The notes below the pieces were generated by a model that did not search any database, was not told the DNA's origin, and worked only from the letters and a program-made list of their open reading frames with translations. From contig NC_134028.1 of assembly GCF_964204645.1 (NCBI RefSeq), positions 21,448,345 to 21,512,344 of the forward strand: a DNA stretch of 64,000 nucleotides, given 5' to 3'. The stretch's first letter is position 1. Every line of letters begins with the position of its first letter. Positions 1 through 12,398 of the stretch are shown here, piece by piece. Source of the DNA: Tubulanus polymorphus (lineage: Eukaryota > Animalia > Nemertea). The position numbers and the translations under genes are program-made.

Positions 1-640
1 TTTTTACGTAATACATGCCTAGGTTAGGTCTCCGTAGGCAGTTGCAGAAATGGTGAAATTGTGAGCATATATCTTTCCTAATTTCAACTAAGAAAATGCT
101 CGGAATGCGCATAAATGCAGCTTTTTTTCAGCTGATGCTAGTATCAAATTTACTGCTTGGAATAAGTAACCTATTGCCAGGGAATAGAAAAATGCACGTC
201 TATGAAACAGAAATTCCCCTAGTACTCAATGTGATCCCTGGGATAAGTGATTCGATGCCAGGGAATAAGCCTATTCTATATCTATGTTTTTAATTCCTCA
301 GCGGTATAGTTTCTTTCCTTGGTTCAGCGAAGACAGTCTTCACGCCCGTAGATAGGATGTTTAGAAGGCGGCTCCCGCTCTAAACGCTAATTGATCTCAA
401 ACACAACTGTGGGACTGGATCCTGAACTGAAAGATTGTTATTTATTATGTGGGATATTATTAGAACTATTTCTTCTGCACCGGAACGGTGATTTTAAGCG
501 GTAAAAAGATTTTGACGCTGCAGAATATTCGATAGTTAAATCGTGGTTTAAATTACTATTGTTGATTCAATCTTAACTTTCATCTTGTTTCATCTTGTAT
601 TTGATTTGTGTGAGAGTAATAATAATAATTAATACAAGGA

Positions 641-1204
641 TACGGAAGCGATAAGGGGCCTCGAGATGTCGCGTTCTAACTCGACAAGTCGCCATATTTA
701 TGTCGACATACCGCGATTTATCGCATCAAGTCGACATGAATATGTCGACATATCGTGACGTTTTGACGACATATTTCGTTCTCTCGACCACTTTCCTCGC
801 GACAAGTCGACATATTCATGACGACTTGAAACTCAGTCGAAATATTACTGGTGTCCTCATCTTACATGTAGACATGTCTTCAAATGACGGCTTGTCCCGT
901 GGAAAATGGGCGAAAAAGCGAAATTTGTCGTGAAAACGTCACGATATGTCGACATATTCATGTCGACTTGACGCGATATATCGCGATATGTCGAGATAAA
1001 TATGGCGACTTGTCGAGTTGGAACGTGACAACTCGAGGCCCTTCATTTGAAGACACGTCGAAATAATGTAAGATGAGGACGCCACGTCAGGATATGTCGA
1101 CATATTCATGTCGACTTGACGCGATGTATGGCGATATGCTGACATAATTATGGCGACTTGTCGAGTTGTAACGCGACAACTGGAGGCCCTTTATCGCTTC
1201 CGTA
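641..1204. mobile_element. Non-autonomous TIR DNA transposon, IS3EU-like (copy A), GTCGAC-rich
   Basis: Starts TACGGAAGCGATAAGGGGCCTCGAG and ends GGCCCTTTATCGCTTCCGTA (long imperfect TIRs). An extra right-TIR-like segment lies at about 940-1045. The flanks CAAGGA and GATTTA do not match, so this copy has no TSD. Confidence 0.75.
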
Positions 1205-1774
1205 GATTTATACGGAAGCGATAAGGGGCCTCGAGATGTCGCGTTCCAACTCGACAAGTCGTCATATTTATGTCGATATATCGCGATATATCGCGTCAAG
1301 TCGACATGAGTATGTCGATATATCTTGACGATTTGACGACATATTCCGTTTTCTCGACCATTTTCCTCGCGACAAGTCGATATATTTATGACGACTTGAA
1401 ACTCAGTCGTCTTATTTCTGGTGTCTTCGTCTTCTATATCGGCGCGTCGTCAAATTTATGGCGACTTGTCGTGACCTTATTGCGACTTGTCGACAAAAAA
1501 TGTCGTCATGTCACGAAGTTTATTCGACAAATCAACTTTCCAATGTCGACTGTGAAGCCGTGTCACCGAAATCATGTCGTCAGATCACGATAGCCTTCTC
1601 GATAACTCGACAAAATTTTGTCGACTAGCGAGGATACACCGACAAGTCGATGCAGATACGTCGACTTGTTTTGACGTCGCGAAAAGTGATATTGTTTCTA
1701 ACATTGATGGACGTTAAAATTTAAGCAAAGCCTTTTTTGCATGATCTAGAAGCCGTTAAAAAGCATTATTAAAT

Positions 1775-2000
1775 TTACGAGGCAGAAAATAATATACCCA
1801 AGTAGCAATAGTTACGGACAATTTCAATCACCAAACCATCATAGTTAAAAGTGTGATTATTAAGGAGATTTCCTCCTTTATTAAAAATTACAATCTTAGT
1901 TTTATTCAAGTTCACTGTAAAGCCCCATTTTCTACAGTAGGTGTCAAGATTGCCTAGAGCCTTCTGAAGACGCTGACTTAGAGATAAGGACGAGTTATTA
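1775..2000 (-). pseudogene. Non-LTR retrotransposon (LINE) reverse transcriptase fragment
   Basis: LQKALGNLDTYCRKWGFTVNLNKTKIVIF...VRNYCYLGILF matches the C-terminal RT motifs of LINEs (WxxxxNxxKT, YLG). Truncated on both sides. Confidence 0.75.
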
Positions 2001-2326
2001 AAAGCCAAAGGTTGCATGTAGAAATAGGTTAAAGAGGAGAGGGATGAGGACACAGCCCTGTTTAACTCTAATTTTGGATTAAATAAGCCTTATATAGCAA
2101 AATATCAAAAAGGGTTATTTTCAGCGGACAGCTTAAATATGTAAAACTCCTTAAAATTTGAAATCCAGAAATCAGCCAGGTGTTATGCTGCGGCGATTGT
2201 TCTGAAAAATAATTTGATCGCAACTGGACCTTTGGGATGCGATGTGCTAAAAACAACTGGAAGTTATTCCTATTGTTTTCAACTTGTTCTGCCTTGTGTT
2301 TTCCTTCTCCATAGCAGGGGTAGTCT

Positions 2327-2393
2327 AGAGTACATAAGATCGATCTACGAGCAAGATCATCTTAATTGCTCGTAGATCGATCTTATGTACTCT
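2327..2393. repeat. Perfect 28-bp inverted repeat (hairpin)
   Basis: AGAGTACATAAGATCGATCTACGAGCAA, 11-nt loop, TTGCTCGTAGATCGATCTTATGTACTCT. Confidence 0.9.
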
Positions 2394-2650
2394 GATAAGA
2401 TGAACGTCTGGTTAAATTTTTTTAGTAAGCAGGCGCGGATCCAATGGGGCTTCAGCCGACCCGGACTCTATTTTTGATCAGGCTTACTATCTCGCATGTG
2501 GGAAGCATATGGGAATGTTACTAAAACGACTGTGAGCATCATTTAACCTTGGATGATTACTCCAAGATTTAACACAGCAGTTACAGTGTAACAGTGTACT
2601 TTATAGTAGTGACAAATTCCCTCTTAATTAAGTACCGGTAATACCTGCAA

Positions 2651-2766
2651 CCTGGACCCGGTTCCACAGTTGTGAGTTAGAGTTAACTCTGAGTTAAAAT
2701 TAGTTCATTCTCAATGTGTTAACTCAGGGTCAAATCTTAACTCCGAACTGTGGAACTGCAGCCTGG
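2651..2766. mobile_element. Short hairpin MITE family; related copies at ~22897-23012, ~29328-29424, ~62838-62918
   Basis: GGACCCGGTTCCACAGTTGTGAGTTAGAGTTAACTC...AACTGTGGAACTG palindromic unit, recurring at dispersed sites in both orientations. Confidence 0.65.
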
Positions 2767-3883
2767 TTTTTATGATACTGCCACCAAACGTCCTTTTCTG
2801 TTGAAAACCGTTTTAACTTTTGTTCTATCTTGATTAGTTTACAAGATATCGGCTGATAAACCTTAGCCTGTAACGGCTGTCATTATGCCTCTGATACAAA
2901 AATGTATGAGAGTTGAAAAGTTTATAAACAGTTTGCAATTTTCAGAATCATTTTAAGTGTGGTATCCATCGAAAACCGAAAACTTCGGTAACATTAATCA
3001 ATATTAAATTAGTAATTAATTAATGAATAATTAATCAATTTTCTCTATTCCAACATTTATCAGGATTGGGACCATCAGTTATACTTTGTTCTTTTTGAAT
3101 GTCCTTGATTTCTTTTTTTGATTCAGTTTTTATGTCCACCCGGATGTTATGAAATGGGGTATAGCTTTACGACCAGTCAGTCCACAGTACAAACCTCAAA
3201 CCTCCATTCAGACTAATCTTTCATCGTCCATTCAGACTTTCATCGTCATCTCAAAAGGCAAGGTCGAATCTTCATTAAGGTGGTGGGACCAGGTTTAGAA
3301 ATTCAACTTTTCCAGTGGGTAAAATTTTGTCGAGTTATCGAGAAGGCTATCGTGATCTGACGACATGATTTCGGTGACACGGCTTCACAGTCGACATTGG
3401 AAAGTTGATTTGTCGAATAAACTTCGTGACATGACGACATTTTTTGTCGACAAGTCGCAATAAGGTCACGACAAGTCGCCATAAATTTGACGACGCGCCG
3501 ATATAGAAGACGAAGACACCAGAAATAAGACGACTGAGTTTCAAGTCGTCATAAATATATCGACTTGTCGCGAGGAAAATGGTCGAGAAAACGGAATATG
3601 TCGTCAAATCGTCAAGATATATTGACATACTCATGTCGACTTGACGCAATATATCGCGATATATCGACATAAATATGACGACTTGTCGAGTTGGAACGCG
3701 ACATCTCGAGGCCCCTTATCGCTTCCGTAGATTTAGAATTGTACTCGAGCCAGAGCCGAATTAGCGAAGTTCTGTTCAGGTGTTAATTCTGAGCATATCG
3801 GCGATTTCTAACGAAGTGTGAGAGGAGAGTGAAGATACTTTGAAAGAATTCGTTTGGAAATACTGTAAAAATTATCTCATTTC

Positions 3884-4299
3884 TACGGAAGAAATAAGGG
3901 GCCTCGAGTTGTCGTGTTCCAACCCGACAAGTCGCCATATGTATGTCGACATAACGCGATATATAGCGTCAAGTCGACATGAATATGTCGACATATCGTG
4001 ACGTTTTCACGACAAATTTCGCTTTTTCGCCCATTTTCCACGGGACAAGCCGTCATTTGAAGACACGTCTAAATGTAAGATGAGGACGCCAGTAATATGA
4101 CGACTGAGTTTCAAGTCGTCATGAATATGTCGACTTGTCGCGAGGAAAATGGTCGAGAAAACGAAATATGTCGTCAAAACGTCACGATATAGCGACATAT
4201 TCAAGTCGACTTGACGCGATATATCGCGGTATGTCGACATAAATATGACGACTTGTCGAGTTGGAACGCGACATCTCGAGGCCCTTTATCGCTTCCGTA
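3884..4299. mobile_element. Non-autonomous IS3EU-like element (copy C)
   Basis: TACGG...CCGTA TIRs of the same family as A and B. Perfect 6-bp TSD CATTTC at 3878-3883 and 4300-4305. Confidence 0.85.
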
Positions 4300-4810
4300 C
4301 ATTTCCCAATATGTTTAGATGAAATTATGTACTTCTAATTGATCAATCTAATATACTGAATATCCTGGAATTATCATATTTTTTATGTTGAATGTTTTTG
4401 TCATGTAACTTGTAGGTATTAATGGGGCGTGAATGTGAGTGTGTGGGCGACTAGGCCTCTCAGGTAATAAGTTTATTTTTAACTTCACCTGTCGTCCAAC
4501 ATCCTATTTTACAATATTTTGTACAGAATCCTACTACTTTATATTGTAATTTAATTCGTAAATAAAACATTATTAATAAAATCTGCATGGGATGCAGATC
4601 AAGGGCGAAACAGTAAGTTCTTATTATTTCAATGCAGTCTCTGATTAATAGAAAATATTAATGTATGTCAATGATATTGATAATATAAACATTATCCCAT
4701 TTATTAATAGGGAATGGTGAAAAAGGCAATCGATTATTATCATTTGTATTATTATTGATACGTATTATTATATTATTTTCTAACTCTCTTACACATTTCT
4801 TATGACTTGT

Positions 4811-5018
<208 letters not shown>

Positions 5019-5954
5019 TGTAAGACCATTTAGGATGGGCACCAATTTTTATGTTAAGTGTTAATCTGATTATATGTGTATGTCACATAAATGAATAAAT
5101 AAGACAATAAAATGAAATATTATCATTATCATTATCGTTATCATTAACACCTTATTCATCCTTGCACGTTCCATTGCACAGGGGCTCCTCGCCTCAGCAC
5201 TTGCAGTTGTGTACAGCTCTAAAGCTTGCTTGGTGTCCCTCTCCGCATTGTCAATCAACTGTTCTATACATTTTGTTAATTATAAAGACTTTTGTGGAGA
5301 AAATAAATCGTATCATATCATGGAGCATTGCGACACATACCGCATCGCGCTGTTGATTTATGCTCGTAGTCCCTTATGAAGCCATGCAGGAATGGGGGAT
5401 TTTTTAGATTACCCTGAAACATAATTCAACTTCGTTGTTACAGGCCCCAGGAACTTCAGGTTATCTTCAGATTTCGAAAGGCTCATACAAATCAAGCTGC
5501 GGTGTTGCCGGATTAACAGCTTGGAACAACATTGCTAAGTTCGTCATCAAAGATTATTTCCAATAAATTTCATCAAATTGAATCAATGTTATAATATACT
5601 AATTTAATTCGTGAATTTATAAACTGTTCGTACTAAATATACCGTGTAAAAATATATATATATATATATATATACACGGTAGGGAATATACATAGTTGTT
5701 ATTTCATATGCATACACTATCCCATTACATTATATTTGTCATTTCAAAATACATTTTAGAGCGAGTTAGATTGAGTTGACGATTAACGATGATACGGCTG
5801 CGCAATGGTGGAGTCTGTAGATACAACCAGTGAATCTTTGTGCATCAAATTTTCACACTGAAAGCTTCTTTTATAAATCTAAATTGAAGCTTTACGAATA
5901 GTTATATTAGTGTGTGGAGTGTATTAACTTAAGAAACATCTCACTAGCTTCAAC

Positions 5955-6923
5955 ATGTTCTATAAATTTGAAACTTCAATACGCTTCATTTCCACTGCAT
6001 GTCTATATAGGAATTCCTGTAGCAGTGATAGGAATCATTCTTAATGTTCTATCAGTCGTCGTTTTGAATCAGATGTCAACAAAAAGCTTTTTTTTCTGTT
6101 GAAGTATCTCAGCGTGGCCGATAGTGCGTTTTTGTTCACCGATTTGAATTATAGGGGTTTAAGATACCTTATAACGATGATACAACTCGGGTTCGATGTA
6201 TTCAGGATGTCGGCTGCGATGCAACCACTGATGCTGATTTGTACAGTTACCGCCAAGGGCATAGCTGTACAGAATCGTAATTGGACGATAGTTCTAATGA
6301 GTTTAGACAGACTCGTTCATGTTGCGTTTCCTTTTAAAGCTCTCAAATGGTTCACACGTAGTCGAAGTCTCGCTGTAGTGATTGCACTGACGTTACTTTC
6401 AATTTGTAGTCAAATTTATAAATACTTCTACCTCAGACTTAAATGGGCGAAACGAACTTGTCCCTACAGGAAACCCGGTTATAGAGTAATTTTTGGAAGG
6501 GTTAATGTATCTGTCGGTCGGTTTTATGGTCCCACGTTAAGTTCGTTGGCACCGTTAATGTTTCTCGCAGCGTTCACCGTCGCAACGCTGATATTAACAA
6601 TGCAAATACGCAGGCGTCAAAAGGAAGTGGTTGCTAGTACTAGCGACAAAAATTCGACGCAAGCGATGAAAATGACATTATGTATCATAGGTTTACATGC
6701 ATTATTTGAATTGCCCGGTGGTATGAACCTCATTCTGATCGGTTTGAAACGTTATAAAAAGATTAAATATCCAGTTGAAGGAATTACAGCTCCCGTGGTA
6801 GATCTACTCAATAGAATCGATTCGGTTAGTAACTTCATTATTTTTGTTCTAGCTAGTCCGTCCTTCCGTAAAGCGTTAAAAGATATTCTGTTCAAATGTC
6901 GATCAACATACACACAAAGATGA
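5955..6923 (+). pseudogene. FMRFamide-receptor-like class A GPCR, frameshifted copy 1
   Basis: Closely similar to 14432..15457 but has a 47-nt deletion just after the ATG (TGT microhomology) and a 10-nt deletion near 6090. The reading frame from ATG 5955 hits TAA after 29 codons. Confidence 0.85.
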
Positions 6924-7469
6924 ACTAGACTCAATGTACATAGTGTGCGAAGCAAAGATGGCGCTATACAGGGTCTACGCGTGACGTCACAGTGGGTCAT
7001 ATTGATCGTAAAGCGCCTTCAAGTCACGGTGTATAACTTATTCGGTAATAGTCCAATTCCCTCATAACTAGTCACAGTAAAATAAATCCAGTCGTGTATT
7101 AGGAGTCTGTGATTATTATCATTATTAGCAGTCTGTGTGATTCACGGGGAATGACGATTATAGATATTGCGCACAGTGTTGGACCCAGGCGTGCGCCCCC
7201 TATTTTTTTTCCGAGCAGAAAATGCTTTGCAATCCTGTTGCTTTCGTATGCCCTCTCCCCTTCAAAATGCTCGATCTGCCCCTGGCACAGGTGACATGAG
7301 AGAGGCGAGCACCGATGAGATTGTGCCTTTTATCTGTAATCCCTCCCTTCACAATGGGAGATAGATATCATTTGACAAAACAAAGCCAAAAGATCGTTTT
7401 GAAACGCCAAATAAGACGCATTCCAACTTTCAAAAGATCTAGCTTGGTATTTATTGAACATTGTCCCCA

Positions 7470-7940
7470 TGAAACGTGGATAAAAATCCGTCACCTTTTG
7501 GACGACCAATCTTGTAAAACTGCTATTAATTCATTAGTTATTTTCGAGACTACGCAAACTCTTTGCCGGCTGGTAAATTTGCATCTCGTATTGAATATCT
7601 GCAACTTTTCCAAAACAATGCAGCACGTTTAATGACGAGAACTAGAAAATGTGATCATATTACTTCTGTTTTACGTGAACCTAAAACTGGCTTCCCATCT
7701 CGGAAGGAGACAACAAGTTTTACTACTTGTTTTTTTTTTTTGCTCCAGTGTATTTACAAAACCTTTTTACTCAGTATGTTCCAAGCGGACCATTTAGATC
7801 TAGCAATGATCCTATTTTAGTTATATATACCTTATTACTGTCGTGCTACTGGACGAAATGCTTTTACTTTCATAGCACTGATTTTATGGAATGTACAACC
7901 ATAGGAAATTCGAGAATGTCCAACTGTCTCAAGATAAAAA
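7470..7940 (+). pseudogene. Degenerate LINE (L2/CR1-group) 3' ORF2 fragment
   Basis: Frameshifted IRHLLDDQSCKTAINSLV...LQLFQNNAARLMTRTRKCDHITSVLRE, typical of the L2/CR1 C-terminal region. Absent from the paralogous segment at ~12750-12850. Confidence 0.7.
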
Positions 7941-9270
7941 GACATTTACTCATTTTCCCCCCACGATCATTGATCGTTTGCAACGTGTGAATGATTTCAA
8001 AAACACATAATCAAAATTTTGATCATCAATTGGAAACTTTAATTGATAACTGAAAGGCTGCCATATTTCACGGCAAACTTTCATGGATTTTTGCCAATCC
8101 ATTACACAAAGAAGTGCAAAAGTTCATTCAACGTATCATATATAATTGACCCCAACTGCATAGACCACCATAAAGAGGAGGTTATGTTCATAAACCAGAA
8201 TTTTATAAATGAATAGACAATCGATACTATGTATCGGAATTTTCAATGTTAAATTATTTTACCAAACAAAATCCATGACAAGATTTATGGATTAATTACG
8301 TTGAGAATGATACGAATCTGTTACCATGCAGAATAATACATCGTAACAAACCGCGCGAGAAGATTAAAAAAGCCCTCGTCCCTCATCCCTTTCGGATCCT
8401 TATAGGCGATATCCGTTTTAACTACAACGTGTATGAAACGACATAATACACTCTTATCCGTGTTCCGTGTCGTTCTATTCATTTGTATACATAATGCGGT
8501 CATTCCGCCTGATGATGGCTGTTTCTTAACAACTGAAATTGTCTGTGGTGTTTCTTGCTATGATCAATAGTTATCTCAAAAATACATATATAGAAATTCT
8601 CATTATGTATTTTGGTTGTGTATCATAGGATTGTACAGTTACGTCACGTGGATTGGTGACGGCATCAGCCAAACAAAATCTACATATCCTCCACCAAAAA
8701 AATAGAAGATTTATGATATATTTTTCTTGTTTCGGACCAATAGGCCCTCAGACTAGTGGGCTGTTCCGAAATATAGATCCTCAAAAATATCTTTCGTGAA
8801 TTTCAGTTTGGGACTTTTCTTATGATAATGCTCAATAGCCACAGCGTTTTCAAGCAGCGCGATCGATGCAACAACAATTGTACTCCGGATGTTTCTTCGT
8901 GAAAGTATATCTATTTAGTTATCGCATCTTCACATCATTTCATTTACACAGTAGGGAAAAGACATACGTAGTTGTTATTCCATATGCATAAATTATCCCA
9001 TTACATCCCCATTATATATATATTTGTTATTACCCGAATAGAGTAACTCTTTCGAATTTCATCTCAACTTACAAAACACATTCTATAGCGAGCTAGATTG
9101 AATTGAGGATTGACGATGATAAATCTGCGCAATGGAGTCTGTTGATACAACCAGAAAATATTCGCGCATCAAATTTGCACATAATGAAAGCTTCTTTGTA
9201 AATCTAAAATGAAGTTTTATCGATAGTTCGTGGACCGTAATGTCTCGAGGAACATCTCACTCACTGCAAC

Positions 9271-10269
9271 ATGTACGGAAATGGGACGACGCCGCAGTTC
9301 TCCTCGGGAAGCTCCTTGTGTTCTATACATCTGAAACTTAAATACGCTTCATTTCCACTGCATGTCTATATAGGAATTCCTGTAGCAGTGACTGGAATCA
9401 TTCTAAATGTTTTATCAGTCATCGTTTTGAACCAAATGTCAACAAAAAGTTTTAATTCAACATTGTTTCTGTTGAAGTATCTAAGCCTCGCCGATAGTGT
9501 CTGTTTGGTCACCGATCTGAACTATAGGGGTTTAAGATACCTTATAACGATGATACAATTCGGGTTCGATGTATTCAGGATGTCGTCTGCGATGCAACCA
9601 TTCATGCTGATTTGTACAGTAACCGCCAAGGGCATAGCTCTACAGAATCGTAATTGGACGATAGTTCTAATGAGTTTAGACAGACTCGTTCACGTTGCGT
9701 TTCCTTTTAAAGCCCTTAAATGGTTCACACGTAGGCGATGCCTTGTCGTAGTGATTTCATTGACGTTACTTTCAATTTGTAGTCAAATGTATAAATACTT
9801 CTACCTCAGACTCAAATGGGCGAAGCGAACTTGTCCCTACAGGAAACCCGGTTATAGAGTGATTTTTGGTAGGGTAAATACATCTGTAGGTCGGTTTTAC
9901 AGTCCTACCTTAAGTTCGTTGGCACCGTTAACGTTTCTCGCAGCGTTCGCGGTCGCAACGCTGATATTAACAATGCAAATACGCAGGCGTCAAAAGGAAG
10001 TGGCTGCAAGTACTAGCGACAAAAATTCGACGCAAGCGATGAAAATGACATTATGTATCATAGGTCTACATGCATTGTTTGAATTGCCCGGTGGAATAAA
10101 CCACATTCTGATTGGTTTGAAACGTTATAAAGTGATTAGATATCCAATTGAAGGAATTGCACATCCCGTGGTTGGTTTGCTCAATAGAATCGATTCAGTT
10201 AGTAATTTCATTGTTTTTGTTCTAGCTAGTCCTTCTTTCCGTAAATCCTTTAAGAATATTCTGTTTTAA
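9271..10269 (+). CDS. FMRFamide-receptor-like class A (rhodopsin-type) GPCR, copy 2 (332 aa)
   Basis: Single-exon ORF with 7 hydrophobic segments: TM1 GIILN, TM2 LSLAD, TM3 SLDRL (DRY variant), TM6 FELP, TM7 SNFIVF, then SPSFR. It stops 9 codons earlier than copy 3. Confidence 0.9.
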   Translation: MYGNGTTPQFSSGSSLCSIHLKLKYASFPLHVYIGIPVAVTGIILNVLSVIVLNQMSTKSFNSTLFLLKYLSLADSVCLVTDLNYRGLRYLITMIQFGFDVFRMSSAMQPFMLICTVTAKGIALQNRNWTIVLMSLDRLVHVAFPFKALKWFTRRRCLVVVISLTLLSICSQMYKYFYLRLKWAKRTCPYRKPGYRVIFGRVNTSVGRFYSPTLSSLAPLTFLAAFAVATLILTMQIRRRQKEVAASTSDKNSTQAMKMTLCIIGLHALFELPGGINHILIGLKRYKVIRYPIEGIAHPVVGLLNRIDSVSNFIVFVLASPSFRKSFKNILF

Positions 10270-10296
10270 TATCGATCATTAACACACAAAGATGAA

Positions 10297-12398
10297 GGTA
10301 GGGTCTGAAACGAGGCCCCAGCCCCCGCCGCGGCTGCGGCCACACGTCTGAAACACGGTCCCGGCCCCGGTCCCTGCCGCGACCGCACACGTCTTAAACA
10401 CGGCCCCGGCCCCATTTAGGATGATACAAAAGATGCTAAAATTATAGATTATTTAGTATTTGATACTAATACGTATTGCAAGTAAATGTATCGGTTAGAG
10501 TTCTATTTGAATTTACTTTGCTCAGTTTGGTGAATCTTAAGAAGACAACTTGCCATCATGATCTTCCGGAAACTGAACACTGTGCTCTAATAAAAAAGCT
10601 TGACTCCAACAAGCAAGAACACGGAAAGTAAAGCTAGGGATAAGTTGATTTTTGTATGTGTGAGAGAGTGCATGGAAGTGTGAATGAACCTTATTCTTCT
10701 GTGTAACATTTCTTTTTTGGGGGCGGTATATCCTACAAGCTATGCTTTTTTAATCTCCCCTCTGATCAATTATGGCAACGTAATTAGTGTAAAAACATCA
10801 TGATTTAATTGTATATTATTTGTTATAAATTGCTATAAGGCCACACCAAAGAAAAGTCCTGTTTCTCTGACGGGGCAATCACCAAAATGGGTAGGTCGGT
10901 AGGCAATTTTTTTTTCTTTTTATAGAAAAAAAAATTTCGGGTATTCTTCTGACAGTGGGTAGGTCGCCGTAAATAATTTTTTACGGGACCAAATTTCCAG
11001 TTAAAGATATAATTAGCAGCTAGTCGACCACAATAATAAAGGGAAGTTGAAGTTTTTGTATTATATTTCACACTTGGAAACTGTTTATAAAAAGAAAAAC
11101 ATCAAAATCTTGAATAGGTGTATAATATATTGTATACGGAATTCCTGGAATTTTACAATCCAAGGTCGCCATCAATATCTGATTAGCAACAACGTTGTCT
11201 GAGCACACAAGTACCATATCCAGAATAAAATTGTATAATCCGATGTAATACGATATTTTTATCATGTCGTCTCGGTGCCGACATCACGATTTCACGAAAA
11301 AGAAAAAATATTTACAAGAATGGAGAGCTTTGTAGTCGGTCAGCCACATATATATTTTTGAAAATAGTTATTTCATCCACAATTTTGAAATAGGGTCGGT
11401 AGGCAATTTTATTTTATTTCGAAAATAATTATTTGAAATGACGAAATATCGGGTCAGTCGGGCCCGAGAAACAGGGTTTTCTTTTGGTGTGGCCTAATTT
11501 TCAGAAAATAAACACAACCAATTATATCGTTCATTTTACCCCACAAGTAGATACATAATATTCAACAAAAAGGAACTAAAGGAAATAAATATCTCAGTTT
11601 CCCTAAAGTAAATTATCCACATGAGCTTGTCGGGTATTGTATAGGTGTTGGCACAAAATAATGCACAACCTACAGAAAGTAAACACTACTATTTAGTTTT
11701 AGATCTTTAGTTTATATGTCTTAGGTTATATGTCATACTTAACCCAAGAACCAAAAAACCTTAGGTTCTGAAATATTGAGCTGCTTCTTCGTGCGGTCTG
11801 TCAACTACCCTGGTCTTAACATAAATACTGCACGTATGCTTAAAAAATTGATAAATTTATGAAAGGTGCCTGTAGATTTCGTGGAACTTTTAATGCAATA
11901 CCGCGGAGCGTTATCTTAGGGGTTTCTTGATTGAAAAAAATCATGTCAATGAGCCTGTCATCTGATTCTCCATCAACATTTTTTCCATGGGCAGATTTAG
12001 GGGTGGTCTCAGTGCCCAGATTCCTGCCTCCCCACTGGGATTATAGCCACTACGTAAAATAACTCGTATTAACAAACTGTATTATTTCATCAAGATTCAT
12101 TCAAATATAGCTCGCAAAGCAAGCGGCCAATTAGATCATCGGTTGTCCAGACAGAGTCGATTGAAGCTTAACCGTTCAAAGTTGAAATAGTCTAAATTTG
12201 AACTTTTGATAGATATTAGAAAATCTCTTTCCTTTTTTATATTCTTTTTTCCTTACATTTGACCATTTAAACGAAAAAAGAGTGGCCACGGCCGTGTTTA
12301 ATACGTGTGCGGCCGCGGCAGGGACCGGGGCCGGGACCATGTTTCAGACGTGTGGCTGCGGCCGCGGCCGGGGCCGGGGCCGTGTTTCAGACCCTACC
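10297..12398. mobile_element. Non-autonomous Mutator (MULE)-like element
   Basis: GC-rich TIRs of about 115 bp (GGTAGGGTCTGAAAC.../...GTTTCAGACCCTACC) and a 9-bp TSD AAAGATGAA at 10288-10296 and 12399-12407. Sequence after it resumes homology to 6915 onward. Confidence 0.85.
10839..11494. mobile_element. PIF/Harbinger-like MITE nested in the MULE
   Basis: TIRs GGCCACACCAAA.../...TTTGGTGTGGCC, 3-bp TSD TAA, internal GGGTAGGTCG repeats. Confidence 0.8.

Larger units (their letters stand above)
1211..3729. mobile_element. Composite IS3EU-like element (copy B) with ~409-bp near-identical inverted arms around 1.7 kb of unrelated DNA
   Basis: 1211-1619 is the reverse complement of 3321-3729 (mirror ORFs 1270..1593 and 3347..3670 differ at one residue). 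Termini are TACGG/CCGTA. A 6-bp direct repeat GATTTA sits at 1205-1210 and 3730-3735. Confidence 0.75.

Noticed and set aside
340-440. Hairpin GTTTAGA..GCGG-CTC-CCGC-TCTAAAC as a structured RNA
   Set aside because: A single short stem with no recognisable ribozyme or snRNA core; likely part of an unclassified repeat.
700-4240. Families of similar short ORFs (MSTYRD..., MSIYRD...)
   Set aside because: Translations of non-coding GTCGAC-rich TIR sequence; no transposase motif.
641-4299. Tc1/mariner assignment (TA at each element end)
   Set aside because: Copies B and C have 6-bp duplications outside the TA, so TA is better read as part of the terminus.
5955-6100. The 47-nt and 10-nt deletions sum to 57 nt, suggesting compensatory frameshifts that rescue GPCR copy 1
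   Set aside because: The shifted frame contains TAA after 29 codons and would scramble TM1.
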